The translations under genes and the position numbers were made by a program. From assembly GCA_038229115.1 (NCBI GenBank), contig JBBROQ010000002.1:1-52126 (forward strand): a stretch of DNA of 52,126 bases, given 5' to 3'. The DNA is from Planctomycetota bacterium. GTDB taxonomy: Bacteria; Planctomycetota; UBA11346. Under the pieces are notes generated by a model. The model was given only the letters and a program-made list of their open reading frames with translations, was not told where the DNA came from and ran no database searches. Each line of letters begins with the position of its first letter. Position 1 is the stretch's first letter. Below are positions 9,367 to 19,506 of the stretch, one piece after another.

Positions 9367-10143
9367 ATGGACCGTATCGACGCCATCCTCGCGCTGCTGC
9401 ATGACGACGATCCCGCGGTGCAGGAAAGTCTGCTCAACCGCTTAGGTGCGGATCCGACGCTGCTGGATCGCACCTGGCTGGCCGCGACCGCGACCAGCGC
9501 GGTGGACGTACCGCCGCCGGCCCTGGTGCAGATGGTCCTGCGCGCCGATGCCGAAGCCTTGGTCGATGCCTTTGCCGATGCCGACGATCTGGAAGCCGGG
9601 GTGTGGTTGCTGCCGCGCTTGCACGGCCCGCGCAGCGATTATCGCACGGCAGGTGCCGCGGCTTTGGACGCGTTGGCCGAGCGCGTGCGCGCGGCCGGCG
9701 CGGCTGAGAACGGTGCCACCATTGCAGAGTTTTTAGGCGGCCAGTGCGGCTTCGCGGGTGACCACGACGACTACGACAATCCGCTGAACACGTTCATGCC
9801 GTGGGTGCTCGAACGCCGCTGCGGCCTACCGATCGTGTTGACGGTGTTGTGGCTGCTGATGGGCCGGCGGCTGCAGGTCGACATCCAGGCGATCGCGATG
9901 CCCGGCCATGTGCTGGGCCGTTGGCCCGGCGGATATCTCGATCTGTTCGAAGGCGGGCGCATGGTCACGCGGGAAGAACTCGACGCGCGCATCCGCGTAT
10001 TCAGCGACACCGCGCAACCGTACCTGGCCCCGGCTGGCGACCGCGCGCTGCTGCGGCGCATGGCGCGCAATTTGACCCACGCCTATCTGCGCCGCGAAGA
10101 CGCGGTGCGCGCGACCATCGCGCATGGACTGGCGACGTGCTGA
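9367..10143 (+). CDS. SirB1/YchA-like transglutaminase-superfamily protein
   Basis: GFAGD.DDYDNPLNTF..WVLERRCGLPIVL...AMPGH...YLDLFEGG...LLRRMARNL pattern. Confidence 0.8.
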   Translation: MDRIDAILALLHDDDPAVQESLLNRLGADPTLLDRTWLAATATSAVDVPPPALVQMVLRADAEALVDAFADADDLEAGVWLLPRLHGPRSDYRTAGAAALDALAERVRAAGAAENGATIAEFLGGQCGFAGDHDDYDNPLNTFMPWVLERRCGLPIVLTVLWLLMGRRLQVDIQAIAMPGHVLGRWPGGYLDLFEGGRMVTREELDARIRVFSDTAQPYLAPAGDRALLRRMARNLTHAYLRREDAVRATIAHGLATC

Positions 10144-10167
10144 GCTGACGAGTGGCCGGCAACACGG

Positions 10168-11199
10168 TTAGCGTGGGTTGGGGGCGGTCCCTGATGCAGG
10201 CGCTACCTTCAGCGGATGCGACTGAGACCTGGCAATGAAGAGCTGCCGCTGCGGAAGCCCATCCGCCTGGGTCGATGCTGCGGTGGCCGTCCAGCAGGTC
10301 GCCAGCCGGATCAGATAATGTCCGGGTCTGGCGATGCCCGTGCGCGGATCTTTGAGCACCTCGCTTAGCACACATGTTCGTTCGGGAAGCGACTGCTCAG
10401 CGGTCGTGGTTTCACCTGGGCCGATAGAATCCAAAGGCGTCACCAAGCCCGCCATGATCGATGAAAAGTACAGGGTCTCGTCACCCGGTTCGTCCGCCAG
10501 ACGCACCCATTCGACCACGGTCTGCTGCCACAGTTCCAGATTGGTAAGGCTGCGCTCGTACGGCTGTGGTGCGATGGGTCGGATCAATCGCATGCGCAAC
10601 GAAGCGCTGAGCGTAGCCGCTGAGTCAATGGTGAACGCGGCCCGCATGCCAGACGGAATGGCGGTGATGTCGTCCACATAGGGTAATCGTGGCTTTGTAC
10701 GGTGAGCGTCCTGACGTGGTGCATCCAATTGGAGGCAGGCCAACCCGGTTTTCCCAAGACTGCCAGGCACGTGCCAATAGCAGTCGTAGATGCCAGGAGT
10801 AACGCCACCCTTCCGATCAACGAAGCTGCTCCAGCCCGCGGTGACGAACGTAACCGGCAATGGCAGCGCAACATCGTCGGGATCAGAACCCATCCAAGTG
10901 GCTGGCGCTCTGAGCTGAATATCTAACACCGCAGTTTTGGATATTCGACTGAGTTGCGCGCCATCGAGTTGATTCCAGGTCAGCCCCGCCGCCGTAGATA
11001 TCGCAGCGGAATCCGCAGCCGCGCCGATGGTCCAGAAAAGCCGGTCGTCGACCCCTTGAATCGTTTGCTGTTGTGGGACTACGCTCAATGGAATGTGGTT
11101 TGTGCTGATATCCATACTGAGAGCACCGCTGACGAACACTGTAAACAAAATCGAAATATTCGCATAAGCAATAAAGGCCGACGATGTGGGTATGTTCAT
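10168..11199 (-). CDS. Hypothetical protein, probable N-terminal signal/anchor (candidate partner/immunity protein)
   Basis: 343-aa ORF starting 3 nt after the upstream stop; AT-richer than host genes; hydrophobic N-terminal stretch ISILFTVFVSGALS. Confidence 0.65.
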   Translation of the reverse strand: MNIPTSSAFIAYANISILFTVFVSGALSMDISTNHIPLSVVPQQQTIQGVDDRLFWTIGAAADSAAISTAAGLTWNQLDGAQLSRISKTAVLDIQLRAPATWMGSDPDDVALPLPVTFVTAGWSSFVDRKGGVTPGIYDCYWHVPGSLGKTGLACLQLDAPRQDAHRTKPRLPYVDDITAIPSGMRAAFTIDSAATLSASLRMRLIRPIAPQPYERSLTNLELWQQTVVEWVRLADEPGDETLYFSSIMAGLVTPLDSIGPGETTTAEQSLPERTCVLSEVLKDPRTGIARPGHYLIRLATCWTATAASTQADGLPQRQLFIARSQSHPLKVAPASGTAPNPR

Positions 11200-11202
11200 A
11201 AA

Positions 11203-12750
11203 TCAATCGCGTCCAGGGATGCCGGGTAAATCAACAGTAGGGCCAACCGCGATATGGTACGCAGCCTGCGCAAAGTCGTTGGCGCTAGTGATAAGAGCAC
11301 TCAGGTTTGTGATCAAAGACTGGATTGGCGAGGTGGCAGCAGCGATAGCCAGGGGCCTTGTTGTTCCTGTTCCGGTGTTGCTGACGGGGATCTGACTGCC
11401 AAAGATCGCCTGCACACTGCTCCACACCGACACATGCCCTTGTTCATGCGCCTCCACTGCGGCGACAAACTGAATCCACATGGCGGTTTCGTCAGAAGGT
11501 GCTTTAGCAATCTCGGCTGCCGCCCACGCATATTTTTGTCCAGGATTCGCATAATTAACATAGGTGCCTGGAGTATATGAAATCTGAATGGTCGTACTTA
11601 CAACTGCCGTCCATTGAACGCCTGACCCGCTGACTGTCGTTGTCGTCCTGGCCGCCGCGACTGTATGCTGACCAACCGAAGCAAGACCAACCTCTACACC
11701 AGCGGGTATGGTGTCGCGGTGCTGATTGATCGTTAGACGCGGATTGATGGTGAAGATCTTTGGTTTTTCCGAGGCAGCGAGTTTGGCGGCGTAATCCGCA
11801 GCATTCAGCGGGAAGGTGTCGATCTTCTGCGACACCGTTCCGCCCACTGAAGTCGGGCAGATAACGTCGTATTCCAGCGGGTCGCTGCCGCCGGTCACCG
11901 TCAGGGTATGTTTTTTCGGGCAGTGCTTGCCTTTGTAGGTCAACTTGGCCTTCACCGTGGCCGAGGTGTCGGGGTAGCGGAAATAGAGTTTGTCCTTCAC
12001 TCCGTATGCCGCGCTGCCGTTCACCGTGGTCGCGGACAGCTCGAATTCGCAGCCGCGGGTGACTTTGATTTTCTGGCCATAAGCGGTGCCATCGATCAGG
12101 ACGGTGTAATCGCGGTCTTTGGTCAACTTCAGCGCTTTCGCGGTGACCGTCAGCTGCCACGGCGCGCTGTCATTCTTGCAGTCATAGCCCAGCGGCGTGC
12201 AGGTCAGGTCATCGGCGCTGCCGTCCTTCGGCGGGATGATGGTCAGGGCATGGCTGCCCTCGGTGTGGATGGTCTTGTTATTGGGGTCCGGGGTGATGGT
12301 CAGCACGCCGCTGCTGCCGGCATCGATGGTCAGGATTTTCGCGATTGTGAATAAGCAGCCGACCGTTCCCGCGGTGGGCATGTCCCAGGTCAGCAGTTTC
12401 GGTTCAGTCTTGCCGGCACCGGGGGTGTTGCGCCGCCAATGCCCGTCGAAGAAGCCCATGTGGGCGCCGGCCCCGGTCTTCTGCACTCTGCCCGGAAAGC
12501 CCATCGCGCGTGGGGACGGAGCCATCTTCTGACCGGGATTCCAGTCGACCAGGGTCGATCGCACCATTTGCCCATCCAGGATCTCGCCATCGGCGGGGAC
12601 GGTGACTTTGACGCTTTCCTTCGCGATGGGCTGGTCGTTCTTCAGCTTCCCCAGGGCTTTGAGCGGCTCGGAATGATCGGCTGCGTAAGTAGACCCCGGA
12701 ACCATGCCGAAGAGGAAGACGGCCAAGACAAGACAGCGGAATGGCCTCAT
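11203..12750 (-). CDS. Secreted beta-rich protein with C-terminal HExxH (HEQGH) putative zinc-peptidase-like domain
   Basis: Signal peptide MRPFRCLVLAVFLFGMVPGSTYA; Thr/Lys-rich beta segments; AVEAHEQGHV near C-terminus; ATGA overlap with upstream gene. Confidence 0.7.
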   Translation of the reverse strand: MRPFRCLVLAVFLFGMVPGSTYAADHSEPLKALGKLKNDQPIAKESVKVTVPADGEILDGQMVRSTLVDWNPGQKMAPSPRAMGFPGRVQKTGAGAHMGFFDGHWRRNTPGAGKTEPKLLTWDMPTAGTVGCLFTIAKILTIDAGSSGVLTITPDPNNKTIHTEGSHALTIIPPKDGSADDLTCTPLGYDCKNDSAPWQLTVTAKALKLTKDRDYTVLIDGTAYGQKIKVTRGCEFELSATTVNGSAAYGVKDKLYFRYPDTSATVKAKLTYKGKHCPKKHTLTVTGGSDPLEYDVICPTSVGGTVSQKIDTFPLNAADYAAKLAASEKPKIFTINPRLTINQHRDTIPAGVEVGLASVGQHTVAAARTTTTVSGSGVQWTAVVSTTIQISYTPGTYVNYANPGQKYAWAAAEIAKAPSDETAMWIQFVAAVEAHEQGHVSVWSSVQAIFGSQIPVSNTGTGTTRPLAIAAATSPIQSLITNLSALITSANDFAQAAYHIAVGPTVDLPGIPGRD

Positions 12751-15206
12751 GGGGCAGGGTCGGGTATCGGTTCAGGAAAGGTTTCGAGCATGGAGGCGGC
12801 AGCGCGCCGCATCCACGGCGTGGATGAACGGTCGAGAGCGATAAGCAGGGCGCGACCTTCCGCAAGGTTGTCGGCATATTCGTAAAGCAGGATGCAGGCC
12901 TTGGTCAGCATGGCCTGATCCCGATCCAGTCCGGTAACGGATGACGCCAGGATTTCGTCGAGGTGCGCGACCACGCGCACGATATCGACATGCCCATTTT
13001 CGTCTTCGTATTGCTCGGGTACATAAGCGAGACTGGCGGAGGCTTGTCCGCGGGCGCTGGGGTTGGGCGAGGACGTCAATTGGATCCACCACGCCCGCTG
13101 CTGCGCGATCAGTTTGGGATCGCCGTGCGTTTCCGTTAAGAACGATTTCAGCCACAAAAACCGGTCTTTTACCACCTCCGAACAGCGTGACGCCAACACC
13201 CGATCCAGGATCGCGAAGGCCTCGGCCTTGGTCGGATCGAACCAGCGCAGGTAGTCGAACAGCGCCTCTTCAACGCGCCACCACGTGGGCGCGGTTTCGG
13301 GACCCAGGCTCAGGCGCCGCAAAATAACTACGGCCGCGTCGCGATCCCCCTGGCGGTCGGACAGCATGGAAAGGGCGATCATGAACTCGACATACATCTG
13401 CTGTTCCGGCTTCAGGCGCGGCCCGAATCGTTCCAGGACGCTGCGATAGGCATTCAGCGCCACCACCCATTCCTCGCATTCGAAAGCCAGTTCGGCGGTG
13501 ATCAGGGCGGCTCGCTCGCGTCCCTGGAACAGGGCCAGCTCTTCGGCGGTCGCAAACATGCGTCCGGTGGCGAAGCCATCGCGCAGTCGACTGACGTTGG
13601 ATACCGGGGTATTGCCGGCGCGGCGCAGGTCTTCGAACGGATCCTGGCCGGCCATGCGGTCGAGCGCCGCCAGCGCGGCCTTGCGGTCGCCGCGCGAGAA
13701 TGCGCACAGTCCGGCCTTCGCGTTGGCGCGCATGCCCAGGCGCCGGGCCAGCCAGGGGCAGGTGCGATGGTTCAGGATGGTGCCAGGGGCGACGCCGCTC
13801 CAGGTCAGGTTGCCCCATTCGTCATTAGCCAGCGGCGCGGGCGCGGGCGCGGCGACGGTGCGGATGCGGCCGTCGAAGTCGAAACCATCGATGGCTGCAT
13901 CGCGTTTCGGCACGCGCTCCAGCCAGGCCGCCACCTGCTCATACTGACGCCCACCGTTGAGCGCGTCGGCTTCCTCCTCCCAGGCCCAGTCAGCTGTCGC
14001 CATCAGCACATCGCAGCGGTACAGGCCGTCCGGATCCTCGGCGATGAAGGCGTGGGCTTCCTCCAACGCGCGGGCACCGGCCTGGGCGGGTTTGCTGGGC
14101 CAGCGCGCGAGTGCGGCCAGGGATTCCTTCTGCACGTTCAACAGGGACTGTTGCCGGGCGACCGTTTCGGGATTGCCGATGCCCTGATGCTGTAGGTTGG
14201 TGGCGGCGGCGATCAGTACCGCCAGGTCGGCCTGCTGAAGGTCAAGCCAGGCCAGCCGGTCGTCGAGCCGGTCGCTGCGTGCGCAGGTAATCTGCAGCAC
14301 CAGTCGATTGGCGCGCGCGGCCAAGGCGATCAGGCCGCCGGGGAATTCCTGCTCGATCCGGGCATACCGTACCTGGGCCAGGAACGGATCGTGGTCGCTC
14401 ATCAGCGCCCGGTCGGCTTCGCGATAGGCGACCCATGCCGCGCCATAACGGTCGACATCCTGGCGGCGGTGTGCCGCTGTGCGCACGGGCTCCAGCAGAG
14501 CCAGGGCCAAGCGGCGTTCCGGGGTCCGTCCCTCGGTGTCGGCCAGCAACTGTTGCAAAATCCCCTCTGCCAGATCGGCAAGATCCACGGCCTGGTCGAT
14601 GCGGGTCTGGATCAGCATCCCGTCGGCCAGGGCGGTGGCGAGGACGGCCTGCACCAGGCGGTCCTGGTTGGTGGCATCGCGCCAGCGTTCGACCAGAGCC
14701 AGCAGCGCCGGCACCTCGCCGAGCGCCGACAGGCTGCGGCCCAGTTCGGCGTGCAGCAGCACCAGCGGACGTTCGACACGCCACGCGCTTGGCTGCAGGC
14801 CGGGCAGCAAATCGGCCAGGGGCAGGGGCCGGCCATCCTTTCCGAGGGTGGGCGGAACATCCTGTTTCGGCATCGCCCCGGTGACCAGCAGCGGCGCGAG
14901 TCCAGTCAGAGCCCAATCCGGACGGCCAAGCTGGATTCGTCGCCACGCTGCGACCACGGTCAGGACCAGCAGCTGGTCCTAGTTGCTGCGGTGCGCGACC
15001 TGCTGCTGCCAATCGTTGACCTGGGTCGCGGACGCACGGCCGTCGTGCACGGCTTGCGCACAGCCGATCAGCCAGGTCCCGAACTGTTCGCGTTCGGTGC
15101 CGCTGTCGCTGGCGAACAGCACACTGCAGAAGCTCAGGACAAGAATGAGAAGGGAGATTTGGTGGAGGAGCATCTGACGGACTCGGTTTGAGAAGGCTTC
15201 GTGCAT
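12747..15206 (-). pseudogene. Large secreted alpha-helical (TPR-like) protein with in-frame TAG at 14979-14981
   Basis: ORF 14979..15206 (carries signal-like LLILVLSFCSVLFAS) is in frame with ORF 12747..14957: HRSN*DQLLVLTVVAAWRR; remainder is Ala/Leu-rich helical repeats. Confidence 0.65.
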
Positions 15207-15311
15207 CGCGAGACGGCACCGCGCGGGGGACCTGTACAGGTAAAGGCGGAATTGCGGCTTAAAGCCCTGAGAACATGCGAATTTTCAGCTGATGGCGCAA
15301 AGTCGTCGCCA

Positions 15312-16085
15312 TCACTGAACCGTGACCGCCTGATCGTTTTCGCGGATTACTTCGTCAGGGCCGGTCCAGGAATTGGTGACTACGGCGCCGGCGGCCATGC
15401 GGGGTTTGACCTGGACGATGGTGACTTGCGCCAGGGTGTCGGCGCCGCGTTTGATGATGAAGCGTTGACCCATGCTGACGCCCTGTTCGGCGCCGGCGCC
15501 GAGCATCACCAACGCCGCGCGTTGGTCGGTGCCGATTTGCACCGCCAGGACGGTGGCGCGGACCGGTGGTTTGGGTTCGGCCGCGGGCGCGGGCTTCATC
15601 AACGGCGCGGCGGTGATGATGGGTTCGGGTCCGGTGGGTGCGGCGGCAACTGGTGCGGCGGCAGGCGAAACGGCGGGCGGAAGGCGGCTGGGCGTTGCGG
15701 GCTCGGGTGCGGTGGTTGCTGTCGGCGCGGCGCCGTCGAGCAGCGCGATAGTGGCGTGGGCGCGGGCGTCCTGTTCGGGTGTCGGTGCGCAAGCGCGCAC
15801 GTTCGGTGCGAGCTGCACCACCAGGACCGCATCGGCGAGGCTGATGCGGCCGGCGCTGACACCATCGGCGAGCAGCTTCAGTTGCTCGGCGCTAATCGGA
15901 TCGCCGGCGGCGCGGGCAGCCTGCGCGCGTTGCAGGATCAACGTGGCGCTGATTGCGGCGGCACTGGCGGCGCTGTCACTGCTACCGGTGACCAAGGGCT
16001 TAGATTCGGCTGCGAACCCGCCAGCCAGACCGGCGAAAAATAAAACGGACACCGCAAACACCGTGGAAAAGCGCATGCCGCTCAC
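15312..16085 (-). CDS. Hypothetical secreted protein with Pro/Ala linker and C-terminal small beta-domain
   Basis: Signal peptide; GTGA overlap with epimerase stop; C-terminal VLAV..LVMLGAGAEQGVSMGQRFIIKRG..LAQVTIVQV resembles FlgT C-terminal-like barrels. Confidence 0.7.
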   Translation of the reverse strand: MSGMRFSTVFAVSVLFFAGLAGGFAAESKPLVTGSSDSAASAAAISATLILQRAQAARAAGDPISAEQLKLLADGVSAGRISLADAVLVVQLAPNVRACAPTPEQDARAHATIALLDGAAPTATTAPEPATPSRLPPAVSPAAAPVAAAPTGPEPIITAAPLMKPAPAAEPKPPVRATVLAVQIGTDQRAALVMLGAGAEQGVSMGQRFIIKRGADTLAQVTIVQVKPRMAAGAVVTNSWTGPDEVIRENDQAVTVQ

Positions 16086-17092
16086 CCTCGCGTCTGGCGG
16101 ACGACGGTGAAGCGGCCGCTGCTGCGGCGTTCTTTGGCGAACGCCAACGCGGCGCGGATGGTCGCATCCAGATCTAAGGTCTGTCGCCAGCCGGTGAGCG
16201 CGTGCAGGCGACTGACGTCCGGGACGCGCCGCTGCATGTCTTCGAATGCGCCACCGGGATAGGCCTGATCGTAGGGTACGAAGGTGATGGCCGAGCGGCT
16301 GCCCGCCGCAGCGATCACGCGCTCTGCCAGCGCCTGAATGGTGATCTCTTCCTGCGCGCCGATGTTCACTACTTGGCCGATCGCCAGGGGGCTGTCGAGC
16401 AGCGCCAGCACCGCGCGCACGCAGTCTTCGACATGCAGAAAGCAGCGCGTTTGCCGGCCGTCGCCGTGCACGCTTAACGGCTGATCGGCGCCGGCCGCAA
16501 CGCAGAAGCTGGGCAGCACCATGCCGTAACTGGGGCTTTGGCGTGGGCCGGTGACATTAAAAAAACGCGCGATGCGCACCGGCAGCGCGCGCTCACGGTG
16601 CCAGGCCAGGGTCAGGAATTCGTCCATCAATTTCGAGCAGGCGTAGCTCCACCGATGCAGGCGACTGCTGCCCAACACGCTGTCGCTGTCTTCGCGAAAC
16701 GGCACCTGATTCTGTTTGCCGTAGACCTCGCTGGTGGAGGCGAAAAACACCGGGAGTTTTCCATGCGCGTGCGCGGCGCGCAGCACCACTTCGGTGCCGT
16801 GCAAGTTGGTGGTGATCGAGCCGACCTGCCGTTCCAGAATCCGGCGCACGCCGACTGCCGCGGCGAGATGGATGATCGCATCGACTTGGAGGCAGGCTTC
16901 GTCGACCGTTACCGCATCGCAGACCGAACCATGAATCACCGCCAGGCCAGGATGTTTGCGCACCGCGGCCAAGTTCGCGTGGTCGCCGGTACTGAAGTCA
17001 TCCAGGACCGTGACCGCGTCGCCGCGCTCCAGCAGGGCTTCGGTAAGATGACTGCCGATGAAGCCGGCACCGCCGGTGACGAGGTAGCGCAT
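16082..17092 (-). CDS. NAD-dependent nucleotide-sugar epimerase/dehydratase (extended SDR)
   Basis: Start at ATG 17092; MRYLVTGGAGFIGSHL, HLAAAVGV, ASTSEVYGK, YACSK, RFFNVTGPRQ, GDGRQTRCF. Confidence 0.92.
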   Translation of the reverse strand: MRYLVTGGAGFIGSHLTEALLERGDAVTVLDDFSTGDHANLAAVRKHPGLAVIHGSVCDAVTVDEACLQVDAIIHLAAAVGVRRILERQVGSITTNLHGTEVVLRAAHAHGKLPVFFASTSEVYGKQNQVPFREDSDSVLGSSRLHRWSYACSKLMDEFLTLAWHRERALPVRIARFFNVTGPRQSPSYGMVLPSFCVAAGADQPLSVHGDGRQTRCFLHVEDCVRAVLALLDSPLAIGQVVNIGAQEEITIQALAERVIAAAGSRSAITFVPYDQAYPGGAFEDMQRRVPDVSRLHALTGWRQTLDLDATIRAALAFAKERRSSGRFTVVRQTRG

Positions 17093-17253
17093 GGGCGCAG
17101 CGTTGGTGGGCATTGGGCTGGCGCGAGCAGGTGCTGGCGCGGCGCGCGCCATTGCGTCAGACGCGCGTTGGTTGGCGGCGGTGTTTGGAATGGCTGAGCG
17201 CAGTAAAAAGATCGCGCTTTCTATCGCATGCCTCGCCGTATTTCCCTTCCGCC

Positions 17254-19491
17254 ATGAGCAACACCAGCGCCCCGACTGCCCACAAATGGACGTTTTTCCG
17301 CTCAGGCGGTTTTGATCAGGTGCGCATCAGCACCGGCGCTGACATCGCGGCGATTCCCAATCTGAATCTGAAACTATGGACCGCGCTGGCCTGTCCGGTG
17401 AAGGGCCTGGAGTTTGATGAGCGCACGCTGGCCATTCTTGACACCGACAAGGACGGCCGGGTGCGCGCGCCAGAGATCATCGCGGCGATCGAATTCGCGA
17501 AGGCCAGCGTGAAGGATCTGGGCGGGATGATCCCTGGCAGCGCGACCTTGCCGCTGTCAGCGATCGACGATGCCACGCCGGCTGGCCAAGCGTTGGTGGC
17601 GGTGGCCAAGCGCATCCTGACCGCGGCGGGCAAGCCGACTGCGGCGGCGGTTACCGCGGCAGACATCGATGCGGTGCTGGCCTCCATCGCGAAAACGCAG
17701 TTCAACGGCGACGGCGTGATTCCGCCGGCTGCGGCTGATGACGCCGACACACGTCAAACGATCAGCGACATCATCGCGACCCACGGTGGGGTGATGGATC
17801 GTGGCGGCGACCTGGGCATCACGGCTGAGAAAATTGCCGCGTTCTATCCCGATTTAGTGGCTTTTGACGCGTGGTGGAAACAGGCCGAGAACCCCGCTGC
17901 GGGACTGTGGCCGTTGGGCACCGGCACCCTTGCCGGGATGGCCGCGCTCGACGCGGTGCAGGCGAAGGTTGATGACTTCTTCACGCGCTGCCGCTTGGCC
18001 GCGTTCGATCCGCGCGCCGAAACTGCGCTCAATCGGATCGAGGAGGATTACCTGAAGATCGCTGCGAGTGATCTCGCCATCACCTCACATGAAGTCGCGG
18101 GCTTTCCGTTGTCGCGGGTCGCGGCTAGCGCGGCGCTGCCGCTTGGCGGAGCGCTAAATCCAGCCTGGAGCGGTCGTATCGCGGCGTTCGCCGACACGGT
18201 GGTGCGGCCGTTGTTGGGTGCTGAAAAAACCAGTGTGAGCGAAGCCGAATGGACGGCGCTCAGCGCGCGCTTCACCGCCACGCGCGGCTGGTTGGCGACG
18301 AAGACCGGGATCGCGGTCGAGAAACTGGGCATCGCGCGGGTGCGGGAATTGCTGAGCGATGACAGCCGCGCGCGCGTCGGGGTTCTGATCGCGAAGGATC
18401 AGGCGGTCGCGGCCGAATTTGACGCCATCGCGCCCTTGGAAAAGCTTGTCCACCTGTACCGCGACCTGTACCGCCTGCTGCACAACTTTGTCAATTTTGC
18501 CGACTTTTATTCACCCGAACGACTGGCGACCTTCCAGGCCGGCACGTTGTATTTGGATTCGCGCGCATGCGAATTGGTGGTGCGCGTCGATGACGGCGCG
18601 AAGCACGCCGCGCTCGCGGGCCTGGCGAAAAGTTATCTGGCCTACTGCGACTGCGTGAATGCCGGCGGACAGAAGATGACCATCGCTGCGGCCTACACCG
18701 CCGGCGACAGCGACTATTTAATGGTTGGCCGCAACGGTCTGTTCTTCGACCGCAAAGGCCGCGATTGGGACGCAACCATCACCAAGATCATCGACAATCC
18801 GATCAGCATCCGCCAAGCGTTTTGGGCCCCGTACAAGAAAGCTATTCGCTTTGTCGAAGAGACTATCGCCAAGCGCGCTGCGGCTGCCGATGACGCCGCG
18901 ACCGCCAAGTTGACCACCGGCGTCGAAGCCGCAGCAAAGGCGGCAGAGGCCGGCAAGGCGCCGAAAGAAAATCCAAAGTTGGATGTTGGGGTGATCGCGG
19001 CATTGGGCGTGGGTGTCGGCGCCATTGGCGGCGTCCTGGGCGGCATGCTCAGCGGGTTCATCAGCTTGGGTTGGTGGATGCCGGTGGGTTTGCTTGGATT
19101 GATGCTCGGCATCTCGCTGCCATCGATGATCATCGCGGCGCTGAAATTGCGGCAGCGCAATTTGGGACCGATCCTGGACGCCAATGGTTGGGCGGTGAAC
19201 GGCCGGGTGAAGATCAACATTCCGTTCGGCGGCTCGCTGACCGCGCTGCCGAAACTGCCGGCGAATGCGACGCGGCTGCTGACGGATCCGTATGCCGAAA
19301 AGAAGCGTCCGTGGAAATGGTACATCGCGCTGCTGCTGGTCCTGGGCGCGTCAGGTTGGCTGACGTGGGACTGGTACAGCCACGGAAAAAAGTGGATCTG
19401 GGGAAAACGCACGCCGGTTAGCAGCAGCGATGCGCCTAAGGCCGACGCGCCTGCGGCTCCAGCGGTGACTCCGCCGCCGGCCGCGAAATAA
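17254..19491 (+). CDS. Conserved hypothetical membrane protein with EF-hand-like motif
   Basis: Start at ATG 17254; DTDKDGRVRAPE EF-loop; large soluble region, then three C-terminal hydrophobic helices; strongly biased codon usage. Confidence 0.8.
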   Translation: MSNTSAPTAHKWTFFRSGGFDQVRISTGADIAAIPNLNLKLWTALACPVKGLEFDERTLAILDTDKDGRVRAPEIIAAIEFAKASVKDLGGMIPGSATLPLSAIDDATPAGQALVAVAKRILTAAGKPTAAAVTAADIDAVLASIAKTQFNGDGVIPPAAADDADTRQTISDIIATHGGVMDRGGDLGITAEKIAAFYPDLVAFDAWWKQAENPAAGLWPLGTGTLAGMAALDAVQAKVDDFFTRCRLAAFDPRAETALNRIEEDYLKIAASDLAITSHEVAGFPLSRVAASAALPLGGALNPAWSGRIAAFADTVVRPLLGAEKTSVSEAEWTALSARFTATRGWLATKTGIAVEKLGIARVRELLSDDSRARVGVLIAKDQAVAAEFDAIAPLEKLVHLYRDLYRLLHNFVNFADFYSPERLATFQAGTLYLDSRACELVVRVDDGAKHAALAGLAKSYLAYCDCVNAGGQKMTIAAAYTAGDSDYLMVGRNGLFFDRKGRDWDATITKIIDNPISIRQAFWAPYKKAIRFVEETIAKRAAAADDAATAKLTTGVEAAAKAAEAGKAPKENPKLDVGVIAALGVGVGAIGGVLGGMLSGFISLGWWMPVGLLGLMLGISLPSMIIAALKLRQRNLGPILDANGWAVNGRVKINIPFGGSLTALPKLPANATRLLTDPYAEKKRPWKWYIALLLVLGASGWLTWDWYSHGKKWIWGKRTPVSSSDAPKADAPAAPAVTPPPAAK

Positions 19492-19506
19492 CGCAGCGTA
19501 GCCAAT

